A stretch of DNA of 64,000 nt from Amoebophrya sp. A120 (taxonomy: Eukaryota; Protista; Dinoflagellata), in contig CAJINV010000005.1 of NCBI GenBank assembly GCA_905178155.1, positions 7,045,831-7,109,830 of the forward strand, given 5' to 3'. Numbering within the stretch: the stretch's first letter is position 1; the number at the start of each line of letters is the position of its first letter. A program made the translations under genes and the position numbers. The notes under the pieces were generated by a model, which was given only the letters and a program-made list of their open reading frames with translations, was not told the origin of the DNA and did no database searches. Below, in pieces: positions 48,601-60,045 of the stretch.

Positions 48601-50615
48601 ACGTTGCGGACCATGTGGTCGACCATGGGCGCCGGCGCACAGCCACTTCCGCACGTCCGGCAGCCCGGGCAGCCGGTTTCGAAATATGCAAGAAAAAAGC
48701 TGTGTAAGTGTAATTCTGTGATGCAGAAAATGCAAAACAGTTACGCCTGTCATGCTCCACAAGCATGGTAGGCTCGCTTCCTACGTGTTTTCCCGTCCTA
48801 TCTGCGCGTGACAAGTTTTTCCTGTCATGACAGACAAACCTGTGATGCTGTTTTTCCAAAAGACCTACACTAAGAACACAGTTTTTTTCTTGGATACGAA
48901 ACTCGTTTCCAACAGTACGGGGGCCAGTTGGTTACAGATATGGATCGCAAATATGCCTCGGTCTGGACGGATGCAACTTGTCATGCTGTCTTTGTATTCT
49001 AAAAAAATATGTATTGCATGACCAGCAAGTAAAGGAGTCCAGCTTGTTGTGCTACGCGGACGAGACGAGGGCATTTCTCATGCCGGATAGGCATCACCAG
49101 GAAGCCTTCCAAAAATCTGTGATGCTATAGTAATGTACTACAGGCGTCATGGGTCATGCAAAGCATGCATCACGAACCTGGTGGTAATCTTCCGGACCCA
49201 GACAACATACATGCATTTGATAACAGACCGCGCAACACGATGACGGCATGCTGTTGAGCGCGTTGCGCAGGGCTTTAACGGGGAGCGGAATCGACGGAAA
49301 TGGGGAGAGCAATTATCCTGAGAAAATGTTTCACTGTGAACTTGTGATGCAGAAAATGGAACACAGAACTCTTTGTCTTGCTACACCTGCAAGGCATTGG
49401 ATTTGCAAGCGTGTTTTCCCTTGGAAAGCGCGCATGACAAATTTGCAGTGTCATGTGTAGCAAACTTGTGATGCAGATCTTGCAAAGTCATCACAGTGAA
49501 GCAGTTTTTTCGTGGGATAGCAATGTTGGAACTACTTCTAATGGGCAGATGCTCAGCCAACACCTTCATCAGCAAGGAGTTGTCTCGTCGCACAATTATC
49601 AACCAGGAGGTAGTGCAACTAGTCTTGGTCCACCTCATCAGCACCATCAACCCGGTTCTGTTTCGACCAACGCCGCACGCACGGGGCGGCTGTTTCACCA
49701 ACATTCTGGCTTGGCGCAGTCCGGCCACGTGTCTGTTCATCCACATGCCGTTCTAGCGCACCAGATTATGGATTGCAAAAGTGCTTTTAGTGGTAATTGC
49801 ATTGCAAATTGGTTTAGCATGACGAAGTGGAGTCTGTCATGCTGTTTTGACTTGGGATGGAGATTTGTAATGCGTTATGACTGCGATTACAACTACGATA
49901 CGTTTGCGCAGGATACAGATGCAACAGGTACAACATCAGGTCGCCGGGGCGCATATCAAATGCGAATACGTGTTGGTCTGGAAAGGTGGAACTTGTAGTG
50001 CGTGTCTCGCATTCCTCGAAATCAATCTGTGTTGCATGAGCAGCAAAATATTGACAATTGGAATTGCGAGTGTGGCAATCATGCGCAATTCTACTTTACC
50101 ATCACGATAGGTTTCGTCAAAACCCGGACAACATATTTGCATTTGATAGCGCACCAGCACCAGCATCATCCGGCACATCATGCTGTTCATCCTCACGCTC
50201 AGATGACTACGACAAGATCCGCTCTGCAGACGAATCTTAATGCTACCATTGGTAGTAGCACGACGGGGCTGAGTAACAGTGGGCGGATGATTGTGAATCA
50301 CACAAACTCATCCCCGAGGAACCCGAATCGGGCTGTGATGCAGCATATGCATTGCAAAAGCATCGTACTAGTATAAATTGCATTACAAATTGACTTAGCA
50401 GTACAGATTAAATTTGTAATGCGGATTTGCCTTGAGAAAAAGACTGCACAAACGCAATCAGTGCGAGTACGATACTTTTGCACTGTATACAGCAGAAAAC
50501 TTGGTACAACTCGTCCCCGAGAGCAGCGCCGGGGGGCGGTGCGACTGCTGGTGGAACTACGACAGGACCGAATCACAGTGTCGGTGCTGGTACTGGAAAA
50601 GAACTTTTTAAATGA
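33638..50615 (+). CDS. Cytosolic carboxypeptidase (M14 Nna1/CCP, tubulin deglutamylase family) with a very long low-complexity tail
   Basis: Spliced motifs [71 protein letters not shown] and GTGRVV. 31 short introners plus GT-AG introns at 39136-39310 and 39832-39996. Continuity past the TAG at 47596-47598 depends on removing the 47592-48331 element. Confidence 0.85.
33948..34106. mobile_element. Introner, family C
   Basis: TSD ggtga/ggtga. Confidence 0.9.
35425..35590. mobile_element. Introner, family C (starts TAC)
   Basis: TSD caagc/caagc; FTS|CFESGNL restored. Confidence 0.92.
36852..37060. mobile_element. Introner, family J (TATCCCACGAAAAAACTGTTTCACTGTGA)
   Basis: Perfect 29-bp TIR; TSD gacaa/gacaa. 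Confidence 0.93.
37131..37292. mobile_element. Introner, family E (right end ATG)
   Basis: TSD ccgca/gcgca. Confidence 0.85.
37354..37506. mobile_element. Introner, family C
   Basis: TSD gaccg/gaccg; RRP|LCQTLG restored. Confidence 0.92.
37577..37766. mobile_element. Introner, family H
   Basis: TSD ccaat/ccaag. Confidence 0.88.
37835..38115. mobile_element. Introner, family K (TATCCTGnGTAAAAACGTCCCCACCCC)
   Basis: TSD tcgtg/tcgcg; NASW|LMHGF restored. Confidence 0.9.
38219..38383. mobile_element. Introner, family C
   Basis: TSD gaact/gaacc; MLN|PDG restored. Confidence 0.92.
38476..38710. mobile_element. Introner, family G
   Basis: TSD tttgg/cgtgg. Confidence 0.88.
40781..41043. mobile_element. 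Introner, family A
   Basis: TSD cgaag/cgaag. Confidence 0.9.
41080..41188. mobile_element. Introner, family L (TATTCCCTGAAAATTAACCATCCCC), 109 bp like family D
   Basis: 30-bp TIR with 1 mismatch; TSD gactt/gactt. Confidence 0.93.
41265..41517. mobile_element. Introner, family A
   Basis: TSD ggcgt/ggcgt. Confidence 0.9.
41799..41943. mobile_element. Introner, family C
   Basis: TSD ggcgt/ggctt. Confidence 0.88.
41995..42270. mobile_element. Introner, family K (starts TAC)
   Basis: TSD caaga/caaga. Confidence 0.9.
42640..42854. mobile_element. Introner, family J
   Basis: TSD aggtc/aggtc. Confidence 0.9.
42936..43221. mobile_element. Introner, family K
   Basis: TSD cgcgt/cgcgt. Confidence 0.92.
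43275..43531. mobile_element. Introner, family A
   Basis: TSD accgg/accgg. Confidence 0.9.
43580..43844. mobile_element. Introner, family A
   Basis: TSD acttc/gcttc. Confidence 0.9.
43940..44200. mobile_element. Introner, family A
   Basis: TSD gattt/ggttt. Confidence 0.88.
44313..44467. mobile_element. Introner, family C
   Basis: TSD tcaat/tcaat. Confidence 0.9.
44528..44813. mobile_element. Introner, family K
   Basis: TSD gacaa/gacaa. Confidence 0.88.
44993..45137. mobile_element. Introner, family C
   Basis: TSD aattt/aattt. Confidence 0.9.
45228..45476. mobile_element. Introner, family A
   Basis: TSD agagt/agagc. Confidence 0.88.
46505..46963. mobile_element. Introner, family A, with a 200-bp internal insertion
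   Basis: TSD atacg/atacg; internal 20-bp direct repeat at 46541-46560 and 46741-46760. Confidence 0.88.
47592..48331. mobile_element. Candidate long GC-rich fold-back element acting as an intron
   Basis: TAT...ATA ends; gtagtgaggtc (47595-47605) pairs with gacctcactac (48302-48312); internal hairpins. Removing it plus 5 nt gives in-frame HHSS|THTTLR. TSD decayed (agtag/tttgg). Confidence 0.45.
48352..48600. mobile_element. Introner, family A
   Basis: TSD acgtt/acgtt. Confidence 0.9.
48685..48896. mobile_element. Introner, family H (orientation opposite to 23941 and 37577)
   Basis: TSD cgaaa/cgaaa. Confidence 0.88.
48939..49222. mobile_element. Introner, family A
   Basis: TSD acaga/acaga. 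Confidence 0.88.
49314..49519. mobile_element. Introner, family J (orientation opposite to 36852 and 42640)
   Basis: TSD gcaat/gcaat. Confidence 0.9.
49767..49915. mobile_element. Introner, family C
   Basis: TSD cagat/cagat. Confidence 0.88.
49954..50148. mobile_element. Introner, family A (short, diverged)
   Basis: TSD gcgca/gcgca. Confidence 0.85.
50346..50489. mobile_element. Introner, family C
   Basis: TSD cagca/cagca. Confidence 0.9.
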
Positions 50616-52335
50616 TAGGTATTCGTAAACTAATTTCTGGTCGTTGGAGTCTCCACCTCCAGGAGTTTGAGTTTCGCAGCTTTACTAGTCCTAGATGTGT
50701 CACGCATTAGATGTATTCTAACACTTCTAACTGCAGTACGCAGCTGCGATTCGAAGGACAACCACATGATCGTTAAGCTATCTTCCAAAGTGAAATAAAC
50801 ACAGCAACTACTACTACTTCTCATTTTATTTTTGTCAATATTGTCATTCATCACACAGTTAAGTACTTCCAGAAGTAGTGCTACTCGTTCTACTACCAAC
50901 CGGCAGTCGACTTTCATCTCGACGTCGGCTGCCTTTGCTATCTTTCAACAGTACTTCTACGATTACCTTAAATTTGTCAACTTACATACACTTGAATTTT
51001 ATCGAATGCGAACGACCTTCTTCAGTTCTACCACTGCGTTGCTCTACAGGTAAAGTACAGATTGCAGTACAGTAGATGCTCATGATTGGAAATTAACTTT
51101 GATGAGTTACTCGTTTCTCTTCTATTGCTCCTTCATTTTCTACAGCTCATTATGGCGAAATTTTTTTGTGTTTCATCCATATTTATTTTTCTTCATCGCG
51201 CGACGTAGGCTTGCTCCCAGTCCCATGTGATGCGTTTGCGTTCAAGAAATTTTACAGTGTGCCGCTTCGGTTTCGTGTTCTGTATCAGTAGAAAAGATAG
51301 CATTAAAGCATCGAATAGGTGGACCAATACAGCTATCATGGTGCAGCTTGTTATAGAATAGTTTCTCTATCATGGCGTCTACCGCGAGCGGGTCGACGCC
51401 ATCCGGGCGCAACGCGCGCAGCGAGCTGAGGCCCCCGCCCCGCCGCTCGGGGGTCTCGCACAATGAAGTCGAAGAAAGGAAAGAATTTGTTCTGAAATTG
51501 AAATCAAGAGGTTCTTCACGGTGAAGTTCCTCAAATAGACTCCTCATTTTGAGTAGAAGTCTCGCGTACTAAACGCGAACACTGTAAGCTGTAAAGTAAA
51601 AGTTTCAGTCTCTGTAGTTATTTCTCGCAGTTTTATTAAGAACAGCAGTAGCTTGTTTATTTCTATTTGTAGCTTGTTCACACAAAATTTGGAATTTTCA
51701 CATGATATTACAAAGAGGTCTTTCTTCTAGGAGTTCGAGTTCGTCTAGCATGATTTTATTAGGTGCAGAGAAGGCCACCGGATATCTGCTGGCGTAGAGT
51801 GCAATTGACTAATGTGGCGGTCGCGGCCTCACCAACGGGCGACAACATCTTAGGCAGACAAATTGAAAAATAAGGCGGCGCTATGTGCTGTACAATACAC
51901 GTTGCTTTCATACATCATTTTCAAACTCAAACACAACGTTTGCGTCGTGCAGCAGGCCTATACTGGCGTCACAGGTACTACAACGCTGACTCCGTGCAGA
52001 TTATTTTTTCCATGTTGTTCCCTCGCTCTGTGACCACTGGAAGTACTAATCACGGAACGACGGGACAAGCCAGGAGTGTACAATTCTTTCGAGCGCATCT
52101 TTGCTTCTTCTCTGTATTCAATTTTAAAGAAACGAAGGAGGGCAGAAGAAGTGTCTAATTGATGAGGGCATCAAGTGTTTTTTTCTGTGCATGCTTGTAT
52201 GTTGTAACTTTATGTTTTTACTGTAGAATTATAATTTGTTTTCTAAGGCACAGAGGGACGCGGCCAACATATGCATTACAACGAGCGACGAGTACTAGAA
52301 CTACAACTAGATTCCTAAAGAGGTGGAACGTCAAA

Positions 52336-55300
52336 ATGCCGATCCCTTTTCGGTCGTTTCCGTCTTCGTTTCCCGGGGGTCGGCACCTTTCGTCTACCCC
52401 CGCCGTGGCGGCTCTCGCCGGAGCGGGGGCTTGGTTAACAGGGCGCAGAAGTTGTGAAGTGGACAATGGCCGCACTAGCCAACTAAGTTCTAGCCCTGCA
52501 GCAGGAGCAGGAACGGGTTCTTTCATGAGGCAAAATAAACCCGTGTTCTGCGAACAACAGCCGACTTCGACTGCTGGAGCTAGTGCGACTGCTGGGCCAG
52601 TCAACCCAACGTTGCTTGCCGAGGCCGGTGGTGGGGGCGGTGGATCGCATTTATTGCAGCAGAACAACAACCCAGCAGCAACAGACGTAGCTGCGAAAAA
52701 AGAGCGGGACGAATTTCTGAAAAATGCTGGTGTAGCATCTACACCATATCCCCCTCCACTGCAAGCTGAACGAACCGACGCAGCAGGCCGACCAGGTGTG
52801 GCCGGAAAAATTATCGGGGCAATCACAGACGATCCGAATGCGGATCCTTTTTCTTCAGATAACCACCTTCAACCACAGCCCGTTGACCGCAAGAGCTCAA
52901 ACACAGCATCTTCCGCAACTTCAAAATTCGTTCACGACACCTCAAATAGTACAAGCAGCGCAGCTTTGGGTATTAACGCCAAGACTTTTGAAGAGGAGTA
53001 CCAGTTTGAGTTTTCGAAGAGCAGAAGCAGCTTGCTGCGCTTACCAGAACCACGTGACGCTTTTGTTTGTCGTGCAGCGACGTTGCATGATGATTCGGAT
53101 TCCGCAGGTGCTGGAGCAGGTTGCTCACCTCCCGCGAATGAACAGATCATCACGAAGCGCGACCTCTCCAACAACGAAACCATCGCGATCATCGGCTCTG
53201 GCGCTGCGGGCTTATCCGCCGTCGAGACCCTTCGCACCGAGGCGAAGTTCACCGGTCGGATATTACACTGAAAAATGCCCCCACCCCGGAATTATTTGCA
53301 GAAGTTTGTCATGCAAAGTTTTCAAATGAAAGCTTTCTGTCTTGCATAAAAGGATTGCGAGCGTTTCCGATGCAGAAGCAGGGTGCGCAATGTGCCTTGT
53401 GCATAACAGATCCGGCTGCTGTAGGGCTACTTCGCAACACAAATTTGACCTATTCAGCATGGAAAATTTGTGATGCTGAGATATGCAAGACGGGGAATGC
53501 GAATGCTTCTGTTGGAAAGGTTTGCAATACAAATGCTGCCAAGCTGGGGGTGGGGGCATTTTTCACTGTAATATCGGATTGTCCTGATCTCCAAGGAGCC
53601 CGGGTCGGACTACCCGATTTTCCGGGTATCAAATGCAAATATGTCTGGGTCTGGAGGGTTGCAACTTGTGATGCTATTTCTGGATTCTAGAAAACTCTGT
53701 ATTGCATGACCAGTAAGAGGAGTCCACTTTGTGCTACGCGGTGGAGAGGGCATTTCTCATGCGGAGTAGGCATCAGCAAGCCGTCTAAAAATCTGTGATG
53801 CTACGGCATGCATTACGGGAGTTATGAGTCATGGAAAATCTGCATGACAGACATTTTTGCATTTGATACCGGGCGCTGCTGAGCAAGGACGCGGAGCTGT
53901 TCGAAACCGCGTCAAAGCAGCGGTTTCAATCCTTTTTCGACAATATGTACTGCAATTATGTCTGGAGGGTCTGGAAGATCGCAACTTGTCATGCTATGTC
54001 TCGAGCCCAAAAAAATTTGTATTGCAGGAACGCCAAAAGTTGCCCAAGTCTTGCTGGGCAAAAGGCGGATTTCTCATGCGGAATAGCCATGAGGAGGGTC
54101 TCGCAAAATCTCTGATGCTTCTGTGTGCATTCCAGACTATGTGCTTGTCCGCGAGATGAATGACAAATCTCGAAATCTTCCAGACCCAGACATTTTTGCA
54201 TTTGATAGACAAGTACGAAGTGGACTTTTTCCACGAAACCGAGGTCACCAAGATTGACGGGGAGATATGCAATGCAAAAACATCGTACTAGTATAAGTTG
54301 CATCACAAATTGACTTAGCATTACAAATTCAATTTGTATTGCGGATTTGCCTCTAAGAAAAAGCTTTTTGATGCATAAACGCAATTAGTACGAGTACGAT
54401 ACTTTTGCACAGGATAGGAAAAAAACCTGGTGTATTTCCAATCGACGTCGAAATTTGGGAAGAAGAACAAAATTCTCGCAGATGAGAAGAACATTCTGAA
54501 CAAGCAAGACTTGAAGTTCGACAAGCTTCTGATTTCCACCGGGTCCAGTCCGAAGGCCGTTTTTGTTCCCGGGGCGCAGAACATGGCGAACGTGTTTACG
54601 TACCGCACGAAAAAAGACTTTGACAACTTGATGAAACAAATTAACCTCGTCTCCTCCACCGGTAGTGGTATCGCATCTACTTCAAAAACCGCGAAAAACA
54701 GTAATTCCAACCTGACCAGAAACGGAAAAAAGTGCATCATCGTTGGGGGCGGCGTCACGGGCATGGAATTAGCGAATCTTCTCACGGGAGGGGAGGACAT
54801 TGCCTGCCAAGTGACGATATGCATTGCAAAAGCATCGTAGTAGTATGAATCGCATGACAAATTTCCTTGGCATGAAAAGTGAGATTTGTAATGCGGATTT
54901 ACCTTGCGATCGAGATTTGTATATGCATGAATGCGATTTTAGTACGAGTACGATACTTTTGCACAGGATAGACGATGTTGGACAAGGCCCCGCTCCCCTT
55001 CGAGAAACGGTTCGGGAAACGGGTGGGTGCCTATGAGAGTGCACAACTCCCCCTCCCCCTCATTTGTATTGCATGAACGGCAATACAAGCATCTGCAAGA
55101 GTGCCGGTTTTCCATGACAAATTTGCACTGGAGTGCCGTGCTATTTGGGCTTCGAGAACTTGTCATGCAAACTGTGCCAAGAGACAACACAAAGGGTGGA
55201 TTGGATATTTTGCATGACAAATGAGGGGGAGGGGGAGTTCGAGTTGTGCACTTTCATAGTGCCGGGCTGGCGAAGCACCTGGCGATGAACAAAGTCTTGT

Positions 55301-58144
55301 ACTTTGGAAATACGACGGTGAAGCAGTTTAAGGGCGGCATCGGGATGTATGGCGTTCTCAAACGTTACATTCTCAAACGTTACATGAATTTGTAATGCAA
55401 GAATGGCAAAAGTGACCGGAGGAAGACTGCGCCTTCTGCATTACAGGTTTGGGACGGATTGTAGTGCTATTTAGCGCGTCGAGAAGTTGTCATGCTGAGA
55501 AGGCTTGATCGCATGAAGAGTGATAGTGTTCTTGCATGACAAATCATGTAACAGTTGAGAGTGTAACAGCTGAGAACCCCATAGGATGGTAAACGCCGTG
55601 GAGCTGGACACGGGGGACGTCTTATATCATTTGTAAAATAAACGTCCCCAACCGCATAGTTGTCATGCACATGCGCAATGACAAAATGCGCATCTCCATG
55701 AGACGCATTTCCTTTTTCAATCGTGTTCTGGCATTTGTAATGCTGTAAACAGGACGAGAGAATGGCTCTCTCATGCGGCCTCCCTTGCTAAACACCATCA
55801 CACTGCAGATGGGAACTTGTTGTCATGCACAACTCACAAAACCTCGAGATTTGTGTTGCAGATTTCCCAAGAACTTGACTATGGAGTGGGGACGTTTTTG
55901 CATAGGACGTCTTACCCTGCGACTTCGTGATTATGTGCGTCGGGAACTTGGTCGGCAACACGGTGCCCATGATTACTCCGGGAGGGAGTGTGGCGAAAGC
56001 GAGGGATGTATCAAATGCAAATATGTCTGGGTCTGGAAGATTCAAAGGTTTGTCATGCATATTTTGTATGACCCATGACGCCTGTGATGCATGACCTAGC
56101 ATCGCAGACTTTATTTAGGGGGCTTTCTTATGCCTAATCCGCATGGCAAACGCAAATGCCTGCTCCGTGCAGCAGAAGCTGGGCTCCTCTTGCTAGTGAT
56201 GCAATACAGATCTTTTTATGTTCCAAGGACAGCATCACAAGTTGTAACCCTCCAGACCCAGACACTTTTGCAATGTATAGGATGGGTCCCTCCTGTGTGA
56301 TCCCTTCCTGAACTGCAGCGGTATGATTGAAAATAAAAACGATGCTCGTTTGCGTTTCTGCTTGTTGTACAACTTAGAGGTCTACTGCCGTAAATTATCC
56401 ATGTGGTCGTGTCATAGAAGACGAGACAGAGAGGTTCACAACTACCTTCACGTCTGATCAGAATGAAAATCAAACTAGGCTTTTCCAACTTTGATGAAAA
56501 TACCTCAGGCTTCTCCATTGTGGGCGAAGCAGAAGATTCGTCTTCAAGTGCTGGAGACATTTTCGCTGCTGGAGACGTGGCGACCTACCCGGACGTGAGA
56601 ACGTCGAAATACCAACGGGCAACGCAATGGAACACCGCAGTGGATCAGGGAAGAGTCGTATGCAAGAAAAAACGATGGAGGTAGTAGGTGTAGTACCTTT
56701 TTTTGCGAAAGAGCATTTATACAAATCTTTTTGGCGTGACAGACAGGAAAGACTTGTGGTCATGATCCGGCGCAGATACGACTACGTAAAAGAGACCCCG
56801 CGTGAACGGGCCGCCCTGCAGAGCATGACCAGCAGGAGAGTAGACGCAATCGTCTTGCATGTTGCACATCTTCACGATAAAGCTCCTACGCCTTGCAATC
56901 TTTTTTTTGTTGGATAAGTTGCCGCACTGAACATGGTTGGGGACTTGGCGAAGTTGCGGAAGGAAAAAGAAGAGAAGATGAAGAAAAAGAAAAAAGCCTC
57001 CAGCGGCGCGTCATCGGATTCATCCGGAGGTACTAGTCCCCCCGCACCAGCTCCTCGAAGTTCTGAAACTCCCCAAGGACGACTCCCCATGATGAACAAA
57101 ATTCCATACATCAACGACATTCCGTATTTCACTACCCGGATTTTCAACAAAAAAATCGAATTTATCGGGCATGTCGACACGCTAGAGCATTCGGTTGTCG
57201 AAGGCGACATTGACAGCATGAAGTTTTCCGTTTTCTACGTGAACCAGCGGGATGAAATTACCGGGCTACTCACCGTGGGGAGGGAGGAGAAGGAAGAGAC
57301 GAGGTTTTTGTCCCTGGCCGTCCAATATGAAATGCAAGTATGTCTGGGTCTGGAAGAATCCACCGAACTTGTGATGCTAAACTAGGATTCCAAAGAAATC
57401 TGTATTGCTGCAGCGAAGGGAATGCAATTTTTTCTGCGTGGAGAGGGTATTTGTCATGCGGAATAGGCAGCAAGAAACCCGCAAAAAATGAAAATCTGTG
57501 ATGCTAGAGCATGCATCACTGACATCATGGCTCATGCAAAACGTGCATGACATCAAGTCTCAGAATCTTCCAGACCCAGACACATTTGCAATGCATATCC
57601 AACAACTGATGGAACAGCGGAAAATGCCGAAGGCGTCGGAAGTGATCATTGGTTTGGTGATATCGCAAGAAAACAACCAGAGTGAACAGTACATCATTGT
57701 GTTGCAGGCATAGCAAGACAGACAAGCTCTTTCATGCCGGATATGCATAGAAGGATCGTTGTTCCATACGTGGTCTTTTCCCGTAGGATTTCTGCAATGC
57801 AACTTTTCTTCCTCAATATGCAGAGAAATTTGTGTTGCTGAATTGACAACAAGTGTGTAACTGTAACACTTATTTTCGTCTCATAGGTGAACGCCGAGGC
57901 CCTGGTACGGAAGTGGAAGAAGGAATTCGGAATTAGCAGCGAGCAGCTGCAGCTGTTATCTTCTTCAACAGCGTCGTCGTCGGGCGGGAAGATGAAACAG
58001 AGAACGAAAGCGACCGGAGCAAGAAGTGCTTCTGGTGCTGGAGGTTCTTCTGGTAGTGCGGCTTCGGGAACGGAAGAAGAACAGTCGGAAGCTGGAAACA
58101 AAATGGATGTGGTTCGGGAGGCGTTTACTGTTAGAGGGTTTTGA
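52336..58144 (+). CDS. FAD/NAD-dependent oxidoreductase, AIF/ferredoxin-reductase/MDHAR-like, probably mitochondrial
   Basis: IIGSGAAG, RALLSK, FDKLLISTGS, IVGGGVTGMELA, CDFVIMCVG, IFAAGDVATYP, WNTAVDQGRVAALNM, IPYFTT. R/S-rich N-terminus. 12 introners and a GT-AG intron at 56321-56508. Confidence 0.85.
53261..53573. mobile_element. Introner, family F
   Basis: TIR tattacactgaaaaatgcccccacccc; TSD tcgga/tcgga; TGR|IVLISKE restored. Confidence 0.92.
53627..53868. mobile_element. Introner, family A (inner part of right TIR deleted)
   Basis: TSD ccggg/ccggg. Confidence 0.9.
53944..54207. mobile_element. Introner, family A
   Basis: TSD gacaa/gacaa. Confidence 0.9.
54266..54416. mobile_element. 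Introner, family C
   Basis: TSD ggaga/ggaaa. Confidence 0.9.
54818..54970. mobile_element. Introner, family C
   Basis: TSD gacga/gacga. Confidence 0.9.
55032..55258. mobile_element. Introner, family G
   Basis: TSD gtgcc/gtgcc. Confidence 0.9.
55348..55583. mobile_element. Introner, family B
   Basis: TSD ggatg/ggatg. Confidence 0.9.
55625..55909. mobile_element. Introner, family K (right end ACG)
   Basis: TSD tctta/tctta, extendable to 10 bp (ggacgtctta); DVL|PCDFVI restored. Confidence 0.85.
56009..56279. mobile_element. Introner, family A
   Basis: TSD ggatg/ggatg. Confidence 0.9.
56659..56916. mobile_element. Introner, family M (TATGCAAGAAAAAACGAT..GTAG)
   Basis: TSD agtcg/agttg; QGRV|AALNM restored. 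Confidence 0.82.
57326..57597. mobile_element. Introner, family A
   Basis: TSD tccaa/tccaa. Confidence 0.9.
57661..57885. mobile_element. Introner, family N (diverged TIR)
   Basis: TAT...ATA ends; TSD ggtga/ggtga; GLV|NAEAL restored. Confidence 0.82.
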
Positions 58145-58516
58145 TTTGATGTTTTTTTGGCGAAACAAATACAAAAGAAGAAGTTTGAAGAAGTTCCGAA
58201 GAAATTCGTTCTTGCGTAATATGCGACCTTGAGGGGTCTTATTGCGTACGCCCGCTACTAGGTCATCTGTCTGGACCACCTATGAGAACTTAAGCTTTCC
58301 GATGCCGACCCGGCAAAAATAAACAACACGCCAGATAGCCTAGCTGTCGTCGCATCGCTTATTTCGTGTTGCTCTTTTTGATTCGTGTTCCCTAGATTGC
58401 AGGGAGGAAGAGCAAGACAGAGGAGACAAGATACGCCGCATTAACATTATGTACGAAAAACCTCTTTCGACGACTCTGCAAGCTTGTGCACAAACTCGAG
58501 CGTGTTGAAAGTCTTC

Positions 58517-59475
58517 ACTCGAAACGCGTGTGCGTCGGTCTACTGCATTCTACATGCTATTTTTCAGGTCGCCGAAATTATATCTGTGAATGTGATGAAG
58601 AAACGATCCCGAAAATAAATGCTACAGAGGCCACGAAAAATCGGATCCCCACTACAGATGCGCATCGCTGTCGGTTTCTTGATCTACTTAAGATCCAATC
58701 TGCATCGCTCCTTTATCAGTCTCGGTTTATTGTTCCGAATTAAACAAGCATGTTGTTTGTATTTCGCCCACGGATGTTGAGGATCAACCTGGTTTCGACT
58801 ATTCGAAGATGGCTGCAAAGGACTTCTGGGTCTGGAAGAGTTCATGTAGTTTGTCATGCTTGTCTGGCATGACTCTTAAATCTGTCACGCACGTTACCCA
58901 AGAGCTCCGCTTTTCTGTGATGCAGAGCCGCAGTTTGTCATGCAGAATAGGCAACACCTAGGAGCTCAGAAACTTGTCATGCTGAGCCACTATTTGTAGC
59001 CTCATGATGAGACGCCACCCAGCATCACAAGTTTCCAGACCCAGACATTTTTACTTTTGATATGGATTTTTTGCCACCTAAATGGAAACGATCCACCGGG
59101 GCCGCGGCCGGACGTTCATCGCAACAACATGCACTCATTGCTTACAGCATGACCTTCCTGCATGGCAGAGCTTTACCATTACCACTCGAGCATAATATGC
59201 CGAAAATCGCCTCCAATGACGTGAGGATGATGCAGCTCGCTCTGTTCCACCTTGTCGAGACGCGTGTGTGTCGGTCTACAGCATTCTACATGCTTTTGAG
59301 CTCACCAGATGAACGATCATGGAACTTTTTATTTGAAAAAACGATCCCGAAAATAAATGCTGCAGAGACCACGAATCGGATCCGCGCTAGAGATGCAGCC
59401 CGTCACTGTCGGTTTCATTATGTTGTACTTACTTAGTTTGTTGTACGATTTCGCCCACGAATAATCAACCTGGTC
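58517..59475. repeat. Diverged direct duplication (about 58517-58795 and 59254-59475)
   Basis: Shared blocks cgcgtgtg.gtcggtctac.gcattctacatgct, aaacgatcccgaaaataaatgct and atttcgcccacg..atcaacctggt. Confidence 0.85.
58808..59062. mobile_element. Orphan family A element outside any recognised gene
   Basis: ctgggtctggaag ... ttccagacccagacatttttacttttgata; left end decayed; flanks tcgaa/tggat. Confidence 0.75.
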
Positions 59476-60045
59476 CTCGATGGAGGGCAAGTGCCTCTTC
59501 TAAAGTGCTGTGGTCAACACATATGTGAAGTCGAAGATGTCGGTTGAAAATTGAGCACGAGAAGATCATGGTCAGCAATTCCCTTGTATCAAAAGCACGA
59601 GAGGGACGAGGACACTTGATGTATTAAACATGTGTATAAGGTCTGCCTCTCGTGAACAAAAAAAAAGAGAATGAGATAAAGCACTGATCAGATTAAGTGT
59701 CGTGAAGATTTTTCCTCCCGCGGAATAAAATATCACTAAACAGGTCCTTCCACACAGCATCCAAAAATATTCCCTCTTGACAAAAGAGCTTGAGTAGAAC
59801 AAGTACTTCTAGGAGAAACAACTGACTCGAAGAAAAGATTATATTGAATCGGAGTAAAAAGAAGTTTAGTTGCATCCGTATTCAAGCATCTGAATCGCAA
59901 AAGTTCTTTCTATTATAAGTGCATTCTCTTCCCTGTCCTTTGACTTCTTCTTCCTGCAAATCCCAACTTGCAGAAAAAAATTGACGACCCATCTCCTGAC
60001 CCATCTCCTTTGTACCATATTAGTACAAAGCAAAAAAGATAAAAG

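Noticed and set aside
33638-50615. Cluster of frameshifted pseudogenes or many small genes
   Set aside because: Fragments join in frame under one rule and the catalytic motifs are intact.
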